Positions 8,597 through 16,459 of a stretch of 20,000 nucleotides of DNA are shown in pieces; the first letter of the stretch is position 1; the number at the start of each line of letters is the position of its first letter. A program made the translations under genes and the position numbers. This DNA comes from an uncultured virus (IMG/VR IMGVR_UViG_3300032462_001943). Lineage: Duplodnaviria > Heunggongvirae > Uroviricota > Caudoviricetes. The DNA is taken from IMG/VR virus record IMGVR_UViG_3300032462_001943. One strand, 5' to 3'. The notes beneath the pieces were generated by a model. That model saw only the letters and a program-made list of their open reading frames with translations, made no database searches and was not told the origin of the DNA.

Positions 8597-9152
8597 TTTG
8601 ATGATCGCATATCAATTTACACCATTTGATGAATTGGTCTTCTTTAAGACAATTCTTCATCATATTTACATCTTTATGAACCCATTGGATATTTCCTGTT
8701 TTGTAAGGTATGTTCGAGTCAATTCTGTCTAATGATGCGGTGTTTTTTTCACTTGCTTTATTTTGGATGGCTTTTGGAGCAAATGTAATTTCAACGCCAC
8801 TGATTGCACACTTGCCTTTTTGCTTTTGGAATAAACGCCATGCTTCTTCTATGGTGATTTCAAAAGCAATTTTTCTTTTGCTTGCTGATCTTTTGGCCGT
8901 TGACCAAAATTGACCTGATATGCAACCATGTCCAGTCCACAATGGATGGCTTTTGTTTGTCATTTTATTTTTTAGACAACCACATGATTTTTTGTGACCA
9001 TTTTTAAGATACATCGCCAATGTGACAATTTCTTCCCCGCAATCACATGCACATTTACACACCGTTTCTTTGGATTTTCTGTTTATTTTTTCTGTCCAAG
9101 TTTGTGTTACGGTCAAAAGCCCGAACTTATCCCCAGCTTTGCATTTTTCCAT
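8580..9152 (-). CDS. Free-standing HNH-type homing endonuclease
   Basis: GDKFGLLTV, CKCACDCG, LKNGHKKSCGC (phage HNH-associated Zn domain), QKGKCAISG, SLDRIDSNIPYKTGNIQWVHKDVNMMK (beta-beta-alpha-Me core); antisense to its neighbours. Confidence 0.85.
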   Translation of the reverse strand: MEKCKAGDKFGLLTVTQTWTEKINRKSKETVCKCACDCGEEIVTLAMYLKNGHKKSCGCLKNKMTNKSHPLWTGHGCISGQFWSTAKRSASKRKIAFEITIEEAWRLFQKQKGKCAISGVEITFAPKAIQNKASEKNTASLDRIDSNIPYKTGNIQWVHKDVNMMKNCLKEDQFIKWCKLICDHQISHLN

Positions 9153-9182
9153 TTTATTGCCCTTGTCTATAAAAGCGATTCG

Positions 9183-9201
9183 TGATACATATCTTGTATC
9201 A
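9183..9201. promoter_or_regulatory. Perfect inverted repeat TGATACA-N5-TGTATCA in a divergent intergenic region (candidate operator)
   Basis: Read directly between the HNH start (9152, minus) and the start at 9233 (plus). Confidence 0.45.
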
Positions 9202-9232
9202 TTTAATGAATCATTTTATTTAGGAGAATGCG

Positions 9233-9781
9233 ATGGCTGTGAATCCTTGGAAGGCTCCTTCCGAAATTGTCGAACTGCTCAATCAAATTAAAGACAAGCA
9301 TCACGCAAGGCTTACTAATGCGTCCATTGGAATTGCTATGGATGATAGTAAGCCTTTTTTGCGTAATAAGCTCAATCTTGGAAAGGTGTCGAAATTCAGT
9401 CCGTTGGCAAGGCTCTGGCAAGGCCAACAGCATGATTTTTGTTTATCAATCCCGATGGACTTGTGGCACTCTGTCCTCAAGGGAAATCAACGTGAAGCGT
9501 ATCTTGATTTACAACTGTCTCGGTGTGGGGTAGAATATCTCCCGGAAGAAATCGAGGAGAACGGCAAGAAGAAGCCTATCAAGGATGAATGGGGTCGTGT
9601 ACAGTACACACAAGAGCCAAAACTTGATGATGAAGGGAACCCGAAGTGGAAAGTTGTTCCCCTTGATCTTGAGGTTTTCGCCGATAATGTGCGTAGATAT
9701 GGATTATGGTATGACGATTTAATGGAGTTGAAAGACGCCATTATCGCAGCGCCAGATGCCGGAGGGGTGAATGGATCGTAG
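9233..9781 (+). CDS. Phage metallopeptidase-like protein with the HExxH motif substituted
   Basis: Family-like pattern LGKVSK...HDFCLSI...W..L...QREAYLDLQLSRC...PLDLEVFADNVRRYGLW, where active members usually have DHELxH and HDxEEF; TAGGAG SD. Confidence 0.65.
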   Translation: MAVNPWKAPSEIVELLNQIKDKHHARLTNASIGIAMDDSKPFLRNKLNLGKVSKFSPLARLWQGQQHDFCLSIPMDLWHSVLKGNQREAYLDLQLSRCGVEYLPEEIEENGKKKPIKDEWGRVQYTQEPKLDDEGNPKWKVVPLDLEVFADNVRRYGLWYDDLMELKDAIIAAPDAGGVNGS

Positions 9782-10208
9782 GCGAATAATAGAACTGGTT
9801 ATCGTGGGCCTGTGGCTGACTATAGCTGTAGTGCTGTTTATTCACTACCAAAAGGACACCAATAAGGCTGTTCCTATTCCTGACAAGTTGGTTGCCCCAA
9901 CTGTGCCAGAATCAGAAAAGGGCAAGCGATTTGATGTTAGCAGGGTAATTGTTTTGCGTGGAGATTCTTTCGACATGACTATGAAGGATGAGGGGAGTAC
10001 CCGAATCTTGGGCAAGTTGCCCGTTATGGCCACTGAGAATGCGAAAGAAAAAGTGCTGGACCTGTTGAACCACAGTACGAATCCGAAAGTTGTTTTGCGT
10101 GAGAAGCAGCCGGATGGCCGCTGGACTATTGATTTCTTTTTCACGAATAATGAAAAAGAGCAAAACTTGGTCGAGTGGTTGAGTTCCAATAATCTGGTAT
10201 ACAAATGA
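9771..10208 (+). CDS. Membrane-anchored protein with a degenerate thermonuclease (SNase) OB-fold-like domain
   Basis: N-terminal TM helix IIELVIVGLWLTIAVVLFI; VSRVIVLRGDSF (cf. V-x-DGDT), AKEKVLDLL, DGRWTIDFF (cf. YGR-x-LA), NLVEWLSSNNL. Confidence 0.55.
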   Translation: MDRRRIIELVIVGLWLTIAVVLFIHYQKDTNKAVPIPDKLVAPTVPESEKGKRFDVSRVIVLRGDSFDMTMKDEGSTRILGKLPVMATENAKEKVLDLLNHSTNPKVVLREKQPDGRWTIDFFFTNNEKEQNLVEWLSSNNLVYK

Positions 10209-11395
10209 ACGAACAAGAGGTTGTAGTGACCGAACAAAGGCGTCGTCGGCCCTCAGATGATCTGGCAATAGAAGCAGCAGAAGAGGATAGTAGTAGACAG
10301 GAGCCTCCCAAGCGTGGGCGAGAAAGTGTTCTCGCCAAAACCCAAAGGCTCTTGGCAGACAGGATCAAAACTGCTCTGACCGAAAAGGGTGTGGCTAAGG
10401 TTGCCATTTTTACGCATCCATGTCCCGATCCTGACGCTATCGGATCGCAGATGGGCTTTGCTTGGTTGCTTCATAAAGCATACGAAGGCATAGAAGTTGA
10501 TTGCTTTTATGACGGGCATATTTCTCACCCTCAAAATCAGAGAATGTGCAATTTGCTGGACCCGGAGTTAAAGCTCTATACAGATTGCCAACCAGAAGAA
10601 TACGACCTGCGGGTTTCTGTTGACACAATTCCAGCCCATGCTTGCTGTCCCGATAACACAAATTTTGATTTGGTTATCGACCACCATAGAGAAATACCAA
10701 ACGGTGGCTTCAAAGGGTTATTTTTGAATCTCAAAGGCGGCAGTTGTTGTGCCACCATCTATCAACTCATCAAGGCTCACGGCCTGAGCTTCGAGGAAGA
10801 CAATGATGCTGATTCCAAGGTGGCCACGGCTTTGCTGGTAGGTATTATCACCGATACAGAATATCAAACCTCGGACGACACCACGGATATAGAACATGAA
10901 GCCTATCGTGAGTTGTTTGAGTTTCGCAATTCAGCACATTTGAAAGAAATCACTCGATATAAACAGCCCCGTGAATGGGTTCAGGCTCGTGCGTGTGTGG
11001 CCCAGAAGGCGCATGATCGAATCAAAGACGGTGTATTGATTCATGGGATTGGATTCATCACTGGTGGTAATCGTGACTTGATCGCCGCAGTAGCAGACGA
11101 AATGTTATCTTGGGAGAATGTCGAAACTGCTGTGGCTTTTGCAGTGGTCGATGGTGAGCGAATTGAAGGTTCGGTTCGCAGCATGAATTCCGCCCTTGCT
11201 GTTCCTGGACTTTGTAAAGAATTGGGACATGCTCTTGGAGGTTCGGGTGGCGGTAAATTAGGCAAAGGTGCATACGCCTACGCTTTGGGTAGTTGTGCCA
11301 ACGACGGTGAAATGGACGAGAGCATTAAAGAGAAGTTGTGGGAGTTCATCAACGAAAGAGAACTCAAAAGATTGCACAAGATCATCAAGAAGTAA
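10205..11395 (+). CDS. DHH/DHHA1 phosphoesterase (NrnA/oligoribonuclease-pAp phosphatase-like)
   Basis: HPCPDPDAIGS, SVDT, VIDHH, GIITDT, GSVRS, GGSGGGK. Confidence 0.88.
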   Translation: MNEQEVVVTEQRRRRPSDDLAIEAAEEDSSRQEPPKRGRESVLAKTQRLLADRIKTALTEKGVAKVAIFTHPCPDPDAIGSQMGFAWLLHKAYEGIEVDCFYDGHISHPQNQRMCNLLDPELKLYTDCQPEEYDLRVSVDTIPAHACCPDNTNFDLVIDHHREIPNGGFKGLFLNLKGGSCCATIYQLIKAHGLSFEEDNDADSKVATALLVGIITDTEYQTSDDTTDIEHEAYRELFEFRNSAHLKEITRYKQPREWVQARACVAQKAHDRIKDGVLIHGIGFITGGNRDLIAAVADEMLSWENVETAVAFAVVDGERIEGSVRSMNSALAVPGLCKELGHALGGSGGGKLGKGAYAYALGSCANDGEMDESIKEKLWEFINERELKRLHKIIKK

Positions 11396-11398
11396 GCA

Positions 11399-11590
11399 AT
11401 GAGAACTTATAGTGAAGTTCAAATTTTATTGAATACATTTATGGTTGGATTTTTGTTCAATGCCTTAGTGCGGCGATTGAGTGACACTCCAAGACCGCTA
11501 GATACGATCTATCCAGCCATAGCAATGGGATTGTGCTTATTCATGTACGTTCCTTTGTTTCTTATTCGTTATCAAACATTCAAAAAGTAA
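11399..11590 (+). CDS. Small two-TM membrane protein
   Basis: 63 aa with two hydrophobic stretches and a basic C-terminus; fills the gap between flanking genes exactly. Confidence 0.6.
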   Translation: MRTYSEVQILLNTFMVGFLFNALVRRLSDTPRPLDTIYPAIAMGLCLFMYVPLFLIRYQTFKK

Positions 11591-11594
11591 AAAT

Positions 11595-11891
11595 ATGAAT
11601 TTCGAGGAATATTACCAGCACTATCTCAGCTTGCATCAAAACAAGATATGTCGTCGGTTGCACGTTCTAGGGCAACTGGCAACTATTTCGTTTTTGGCCT
11701 TCATTATTTACATGGGAAGCTGGTTCTGGTTTTTGTTGCCGCTGTTGCCGTTTGTAGTTTATCCGTTTGCCTGGGGCGGTCATTTCTTTTTTGAACACAA
11801 TAAGCCAGCCGCATTCAAAAACCCTATTTGGGCAAAGCTATGTGACTGGCGCATGTTGTTTGATATTCTGAGAGGTAAGATTTCCCTATAA
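11595..11891 (+). CDS. DUF962 / Mpo1-like membrane protein
   Basis: FEEYYQHYLSLHQNKICRRLHVLG, AWGGHFFFEHNKPAAFKNP, DWRM motifs. Confidence 0.88.
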   Translation: MNFEEYYQHYLSLHQNKICRRLHVLGQLATISFLAFIIYMGSWFWFLLPLLPFVVYPFAWGGHFFFEHNKPAAFKNPIWAKLCDWRMLFDILRGKISL

Positions 11892-12686
11892 AACGGGAAT
11901 CTTCTCTAACTGACGTTCCTCGGCCCAAGCCTTAGAAAACTTTGGATGAGGATGCGGGATTACATCAAGCATTTCTCTGGTTTTCATGACTTCCCATTCA
12001 AAGCGTGGATTTTCTTTCTTTGACATTTCCACGACTCTGTGATCGGGCTGGCTTCCTGGTCCCCAAAACCAACTTTGCATACTGATTGTTTTGTCGATCA
12101 TGTTTGCATCACGTCGAACGAATCCGTAGTGATAGATGATGATTTCATCTACTTGACGACTTGTGTATCTTGGGTCGCATTGTAACACTTCGGCGTCACC
12201 ATACGCAGGGCAGTCCAGAGTGGCTAGTCTTATGACTTCATCGCTGACAGGTTTGTGTTCCTGGGCTATATCATATCGCAAATAATGATTGCAGTCGCCC
12301 CAAAGGTTACAACGACGAATCATATACGAACGATTTGTTGGATGTTGGATGGCCTTTCTGATTGCCGCAAAACTTCGTTCGTGAATTACCTCATCAGCTT
12401 GAAGCATGAAGTGCCAGTCTGTATTGAGGTATGACTTGGCAATATCAGCCAAGATTCTGAGTCGCTCGAATTTTTCGTGACACTCCCAATTGGCTCCAGA
12501 AATCACTCGTAGCTTCGGCTGGCGAGCTTGAACTTGGGCGAGAAGGTCGAGTGTGCCATCTGTGCTGCTTGCGTCTACGACAACTACGTCGTCACATACA
12601 GCACAAAGGCTATCGAGGGCTTCGGCAACGCAATAGTCAAATTGAATAGCGTTGCGGATAAACATTGAACCGCCGAGCGTGGGCAT
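11886..12686 (-). CDS. Glycosyltransferase family 2 (GT-A)
   Basis: Likely start MPTLGG at 12686; DDVVVVDASSTDGT, DWHFMLQADEVI, IYHYGFVR. Confidence 0.85.
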   Translation of the reverse strand: MPTLGGSMFIRNAIQFDYCVAEALDSLCAVCDDVVVVDASSTDGTLDLLAQVQARQPKLRVISGANWECHEKFERLRILADIAKSYLNTDWHFMLQADEVIHERSFAAIRKAIQHPTNRSYMIRRCNLWGDCNHYLRYDIAQEHKPVSDEVIRLATLDCPAYGDAEVLQCDPRYTSRQVDEIIIYHYGFVRRDANMIDKTISMQSWFWGPGSQPDHRVVEMSKKENPRFEWEVMKTREMLDVIPHPHPKFSKAWAEERQLEKIPVL

Positions 12687-12703
12687 TTGTTTTCTCTCTC
12701 TGC

Positions 12704-13327
12704 TTATTTTTTGAGTAGGCTTATGAATAATCCGTTCCACCATCCTTGGTCTAGCTCCTTTTCAAACAGTGTCTTCAGGTTTAATTCCTGTATTGCTTGG
12801 CGAGTTCCCCTTTGAGGATCAGGCCAATTCCAATCATCAACTAAAAACAGAAAAGTATCATCCAACATTGGATAAAAATAGGTTAGTGCTTTGAGTTGAG
12901 ATTCATAGCTGTGGCACCCATCATAAAGAAAGAAGTTGACAGGTTTAGGCAGTTGTTCTTTTGTTAAAGAAAAACAATCTTGTTCGTAAAATTTGTAGCT
13001 ATTTGGTGTCAGGAGATTGTCGGTGTATTTAATGAATTCTTTTTTTGTCTCGCCGTCCTGGGCAAATTCCGACCAATTGTCTACAGCAATAGAAGAAAGC
13101 AGCTTATTTTTGAAATTAGTTGCAACGAAGGTCGCTCCTTTATGGACGCCAACTTCCAGATAATGTGATCCTGGAAGCTCGCCAAGATTATTCAATAAAT
13201 GTCTTATTTTAGGACTGGTGAAACCAGGAGCTTCAAAAGCCTCTTTGGTGAGTTTGGATTGTTCCGTTTCTGCCTTCTGGATGGCTTCTTCGATAAACTT
13301 TACGACGGAATCTTCTAGTCTTTGCAT
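12704..13327 (-). CDS. Class I SAM-dependent methyltransferase (Methyltransf_24-like)
   Basis: YLEVGVHKGAT, IAVDNWSEF, FLYDGCH, FLVDDWNW. Confidence 0.85.
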   Translation of the reverse strand: MQRLEDSVVKFIEEAIQKAETEQSKLTKEAFEAPGFTSPKIRHLLNNLGELPGSHYLEVGVHKGATFVATNFKNKLLSSIAVDNWSEFAQDGETKKEFIKYTDNLLTPNSYKFYEQDCFSLTKEQLPKPVNFFLYDGCHSYESQLKALTYFYPMLDDTFLFLVDDWNWPDPQRGTRQAIQELNLKTLFEKELDQGWWNGLFISLLKK

Positions 13328-13378
13328 GGGATTATATACCTCGCTTTTAGCTTTTTCTCTCGGCTACTCTAATACAGT

Positions 13379-13564
13379 ATGGACAAAAACTTTATCATTA
13401 GATGCCCTAAGTGTCGCTGGGCTAGAATGTCTACAGGTATTTCGGAAGACCTCAAAGACCTCAAGGAAATTGTGACCTGTTCAAATTGCGGTAAGCCTCG
13501 GACATTCCGTTGCCCCCAATGTGGACAAATTGCCAAGCAAACCAGAATAAAGAGCAATAGTTAA
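13379..13564 (+). CDS. Small zinc-ribbon protein
   Basis: CPKC, CSNC and CPQC in 61 aa; TAATG overlap with the next gene. Confidence 0.75.
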   Translation: MDKNFIIRCPKCRWARMSTGISEDLKDLKEIVTCSNCGKPRTFRCPQCGQIAKQTRIKSNS

Positions 13565-14730
13565 TGAAACTCGTTAAGGCTCATTGTCGTAATCCCGGTG
13601 ATGGAAAACCTGTTGCTAAAGAAGAGTTGATCCCAGAGATCAAGTTTCATAAGCACAAGTTCAACAACCGTCCTCAGCCTAAAGACAATCGCCGAATTCT
13701 ATTCATTACTTGTTTTAGTGAATTTGGTTGTGAGTCCTTGGGGTTGATGTATTGCATACCCAAGATTATTCAACAGAACCCAGGCACTTACGTCATTTGT
13801 GTAGGTTGGTTTGGCAGAGAGTATCTCTATCGGCATTTGGCCGATGAATATTGGGAGATGCACGAAGAGTTTCAGTGGCTTCGAGAGCATACCCAGGCTT
13901 TTCAGCATACATCCAAGAATTTGTCCAAGCTCGAAGAATCGCTAAAGGACATGGGACAGGTTTATAAAGGTGCCAGCATGGGGCAGATTTGTCTCGGCAA
14001 TACCTGTCTCGATTGTCGTCATTTTTGGGGTGACGAAAGTGAATCTGCCAAATGTAAAAAGTGTGGCTCAGACAATATTGATCGTGCGTTGTTGGCAAAT
14101 ATTCCATATTACAAGAAGTTCGCCGTCCACATACCACAACCTAGTTCCAAGATACAAGTTCAAGCAAGATCGTATTTGAAGCCAAATTCAGTAGGGGTAT
14201 TTGCTCGTGGGCGAGTTTGTTATGGCCGCAATTTGCGACCTGAGTTCTATGAGCAATTGATCGCTAATTTAGAAGAACATGGATACAACCCTATTTGGCT
14301 TGGAGAAAAACAAAGTGTGTTGCCATGTCCTGTTCCTCATATCACTGACTTCAGCCGCCTGCCAGAGTCACGCAATTTGGAATTGACCTTGGCAATCATT
14401 AGTCAGCTAAAGTTTACAGTCCAGTTTTGGACGGCAAGCACGAGGTTGTCATCTATGATGAATGTGCCGTGGATATTGTTTGAGTCGCCCGATCAGATTG
14501 TTGGTATGGGACAGGAAGGCAAGCGAATTGCCTTGAGCACAAATAATGACAAGAAGAAGCTGGTGCTTTCGCAATATCACAACGTAGTGGAAAAGGAAGA
14601 TGAAGCTCTGGCACTGGTTAACTTGGCTATATCAGAGATGAATCAAAACAATTGGGATGACATTATTGGTTTGGTCGATCAACCGGAAATCATCAAAATG
14701 ATGCTACTCAGACAGAGTATGTGGAGATAA
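13564..14730 (+). CDS. Divergent GT-B glycosyltransferase (family 9 / heptosyltransferase-like) with an internal Zn ribbon
   Basis: FSEFG, LADEYW, FYEQLIANL...YNPIWLG, LELTLAIISQLKFTVQFWTASTRLSSMMNVPWI (GT9 C-terminal pattern); CLDC...CKKCGS insertion. Confidence 0.6.
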   Translation: MKLVKAHCRNPGDGKPVAKEELIPEIKFHKHKFNNRPQPKDNRRILFITCFSEFGCESLGLMYCIPKIIQQNPGTYVICVGWFGREYLYRHLADEYWEMHEEFQWLREHTQAFQHTSKNLSKLEESLKDMGQVYKGASMGQICLGNTCLDCRHFWGDESESAKCKKCGSDNIDRALLANIPYYKKFAVHIPQPSSKIQVQARSYLKPNSVGVFARGRVCYGRNLRPEFYEQLIANLEEHGYNPIWLGEKQSVLPCPVPHITDFSRLPESRNLELTLAIISQLKFTVQFWTASTRLSSMMNVPWILFESPDQIVGMGQEGKRIALSTNNDKKKLVLSQYHNVVEKEDEALALVNLAISEMNQNNWDDIIGLVDQPEIIKMMLLRQSMWR

Positions 14731-14732
14731 AT

Positions 14733-15875
14733 ATGAGTTCCGTTGTAGAATTTCTAAAGCGGTCTGCCGAACGTAACGGATTTATTCGTGAGCGGTTCGA
14801 GGAACGTAAAATACCCACAGATCATAGCAACCTGATCGTCATGCCATTCTTTGGCGATCTGAGAAGCACTATGGTCATGTCCAGCTTATTGCTTCAGCGA
14901 TATAGACAAGAGGTTAAAAACTCTAAGTATTTCATTCTTGCATCATGGCCTGGGTTCCAGGGATTGTTCCCCTATGTTGATGAATATTGGGCTGTCAACG
15001 ATGATTCGATCATCAAGAAATTTTATGAACAGTCTGATGGATTCAGGAACAAGTCTGACTTAACAACGATCTACACTCGCAATCTCAATGAGTTCTTTCG
15101 TGACGTTGTTGATTACAAAGAACTCGTGCCATATTACCAGAATGGTTTTACGAACGGCTTCTTTGAAAAGTTCAGTACGACGAAGCGGTTTTTGCCATTT
15201 GTACCTTCATCTACAGCATTAGGCAAAGACTTCAATCGAGACTTGTCAACGAAGGCAGGCTACAAAGTATTCATTCATCCTTCGATTTTTGCCAAGCAAT
15301 GGCATGTAGGTAAAAGTCAAAATATTCGCACTAAGCGAGAGTTTTGGACTGAATTGGTCGAGAAGCTGCTGGCAAACAATTATGTCCCTGTAATTTGGCA
15401 AAATTATCTTTCCTATGATATTTCGCAAGAATTCGTAGGTCGATGCCTATTTATAGGAGAGACAGATGTGGTGCGTGTTTTGGCGGCAATGCGAACCACG
15501 GGTTGTGTGTTGGACGTATTCAATGGTTTGTCACGTCTGGCGATATTAGCCCGATGTCCATTTGTAGCCGTCGATGAGCGTTCTAGGTATACGAACCTCA
15601 AGGAATACGAGATTGACGATTTGTGTGCCTCGGATATTCCGAAGGAATATATTTTCACTTTTTCCACTATAATATCAGACGGCAACCCATACAACTGGAG
15701 CCTGGATATTTTCCAGTCTATATTGAAAAAGTTGGATAACTTCCTTCCCGAATTGAATAGGGACGAGTGGCCTTCGACTGGCGAAACCACTGAGATCGTA
15801 CCGTATAAAGAGTATGTGCGAACCAACGAGCGTATCAAGCTCGGCACACGACTTTTGAAAATAACTAGAGATTGA
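14733..15875 (+). CDS. Divergent GT-B glycosyltransferase (family 9-like), paralogue of the upstream gene
   Basis: GGAG SD before the ATG at 14733; FFGDL, PYVDEYW, FWTELVEKL...YVPVIW, VLAAMRTTGCVLDVFNGLSRLAILARCPFV. Confidence 0.6.
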   Translation: MSSVVEFLKRSAERNGFIRERFEERKIPTDHSNLIVMPFFGDLRSTMVMSSLLLQRYRQEVKNSKYFILASWPGFQGLFPYVDEYWAVNDDSIIKKFYEQSDGFRNKSDLTTIYTRNLNEFFRDVVDYKELVPYYQNGFTNGFFEKFSTTKRFLPFVPSSTALGKDFNRDLSTKAGYKVFIHPSIFAKQWHVGKSQNIRTKREFWTELVEKLLANNYVPVIWQNYLSYDISQEFVGRCLFIGETDVVRVLAAMRTTGCVLDVFNGLSRLAILARCPFVAVDERSRYTNLKEYEIDDLCASDIPKEYIFTFSTIISDGNPYNWSLDIFQSILKKLDNFLPELNRDEWPSTGETTEIVPYKEYVRTNERIKLGTRLLKITRD

Positions 15876-15890
15876 TTAAGGAGCCTAAAA

Positions 15891-16166
15891 ATGGCGTGCA
15901 AAGTTGAACTGCGTGACCTGCCAAATAACGCAAGCTGGCAGGAAAGAGATATTGCCTTCAAGAAGATGTTTTCAATTTTCAAGAAACAAGTAGCTGAGGC
16001 AGGCATATTGCAACAGTGTAAGAAGCACGAATTTTACGAGAGTCCTGGCGAAAAGAAACGTCGCAAGAAGAAGGAATCTCACAATGCTCGTCTCAAGGCA
16101 ACGCTCAGGGAGAATTTCCCAGAGCGTAAGCCTAAGAAAGAATTCAAAAACAAAGGTGATAAATGA
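15891..16166 (+). CDS. rpsU: Ribosomal protein bS21 homologue
   Basis: FKKMFSIFKKQVAEAGILQQCKKHEFYESPGEKKRRKKKES matches the bS21 pattern (FKR...GI..E.R.RE.YEKP...R.RK); AAGGAG SD. Confidence 0.85.
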   Translation: MACKVELRDLPNNASWQERDIAFKKMFSIFKKQVAEAGILQQCKKHEFYESPGEKKRRKKKESHNARLKATLRENFPERKPKKEFKNKGDK

Positions 16167-16447
16167 CAGCCAAAAAATCTAATATCATGAGCTTGTCGGT
16201 CGATCTTGAAATTCAAGATCGGCTGAAGCAGGTTGCAAAGAAAAGAAACGTCAGCGTATCTAAGCTGGTGCGTGATATGGTTGAAAAGAACCTATCTGCA
16301 ACAGAAGAAGATGTAGATACGGTTATTTTCAAGATTCCCAATAGCGCTAAGGTCACAGAGATCGAACTACGCAAGTGGTTGGCACCAAGGATTGAAAATA
16401 TCGTTAGAGCCTTGGCAATGGACATTGCCAAGCCAGAAACCGTCTGA
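16163..16447 (+). CDS. Ribbon-helix-helix (CopG-like) DNA-binding protein
   Basis: IMSLSVDLEIQDRLKQVAKKRNVSVSKLVRDMVEKNL. Confidence 0.8.
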   Translation: MTAKKSNIMSLSVDLEIQDRLKQVAKKRNVSVSKLVRDMVEKNLSATEEDVDTVIFKIPNSAKVTEIELRKWLAPRIENIVRALAMDIAKPETV

Positions 16448-16453
16448 TATAAT
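16425..16453 (+). promoter_or_regulatory. Sigma70-type promoter for def (predicted leaderless transcript)
   Basis: TTGCCA (16425-16430), 17-bp spacer, TGnTATAAT (-10 at 16448-16453); ATG at 16460. Confidence 0.7.
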
Positions 16454-16459
16454 TTTTCA

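Noticed and set aside
12687..12743. Longer start for the GT2 gene (MVERIIHK...)
   Set aside because: It would overlap the methyltransferase by 40 nt. The GT2 fold begins at MPTLGG (12686).
15413..16006. 197-aa minus-strand ORF
   Set aside because: It lies antisense to the well-supported GT9-like and bS21 genes, is Ser-rich like a shadow ORF, and has no motif.
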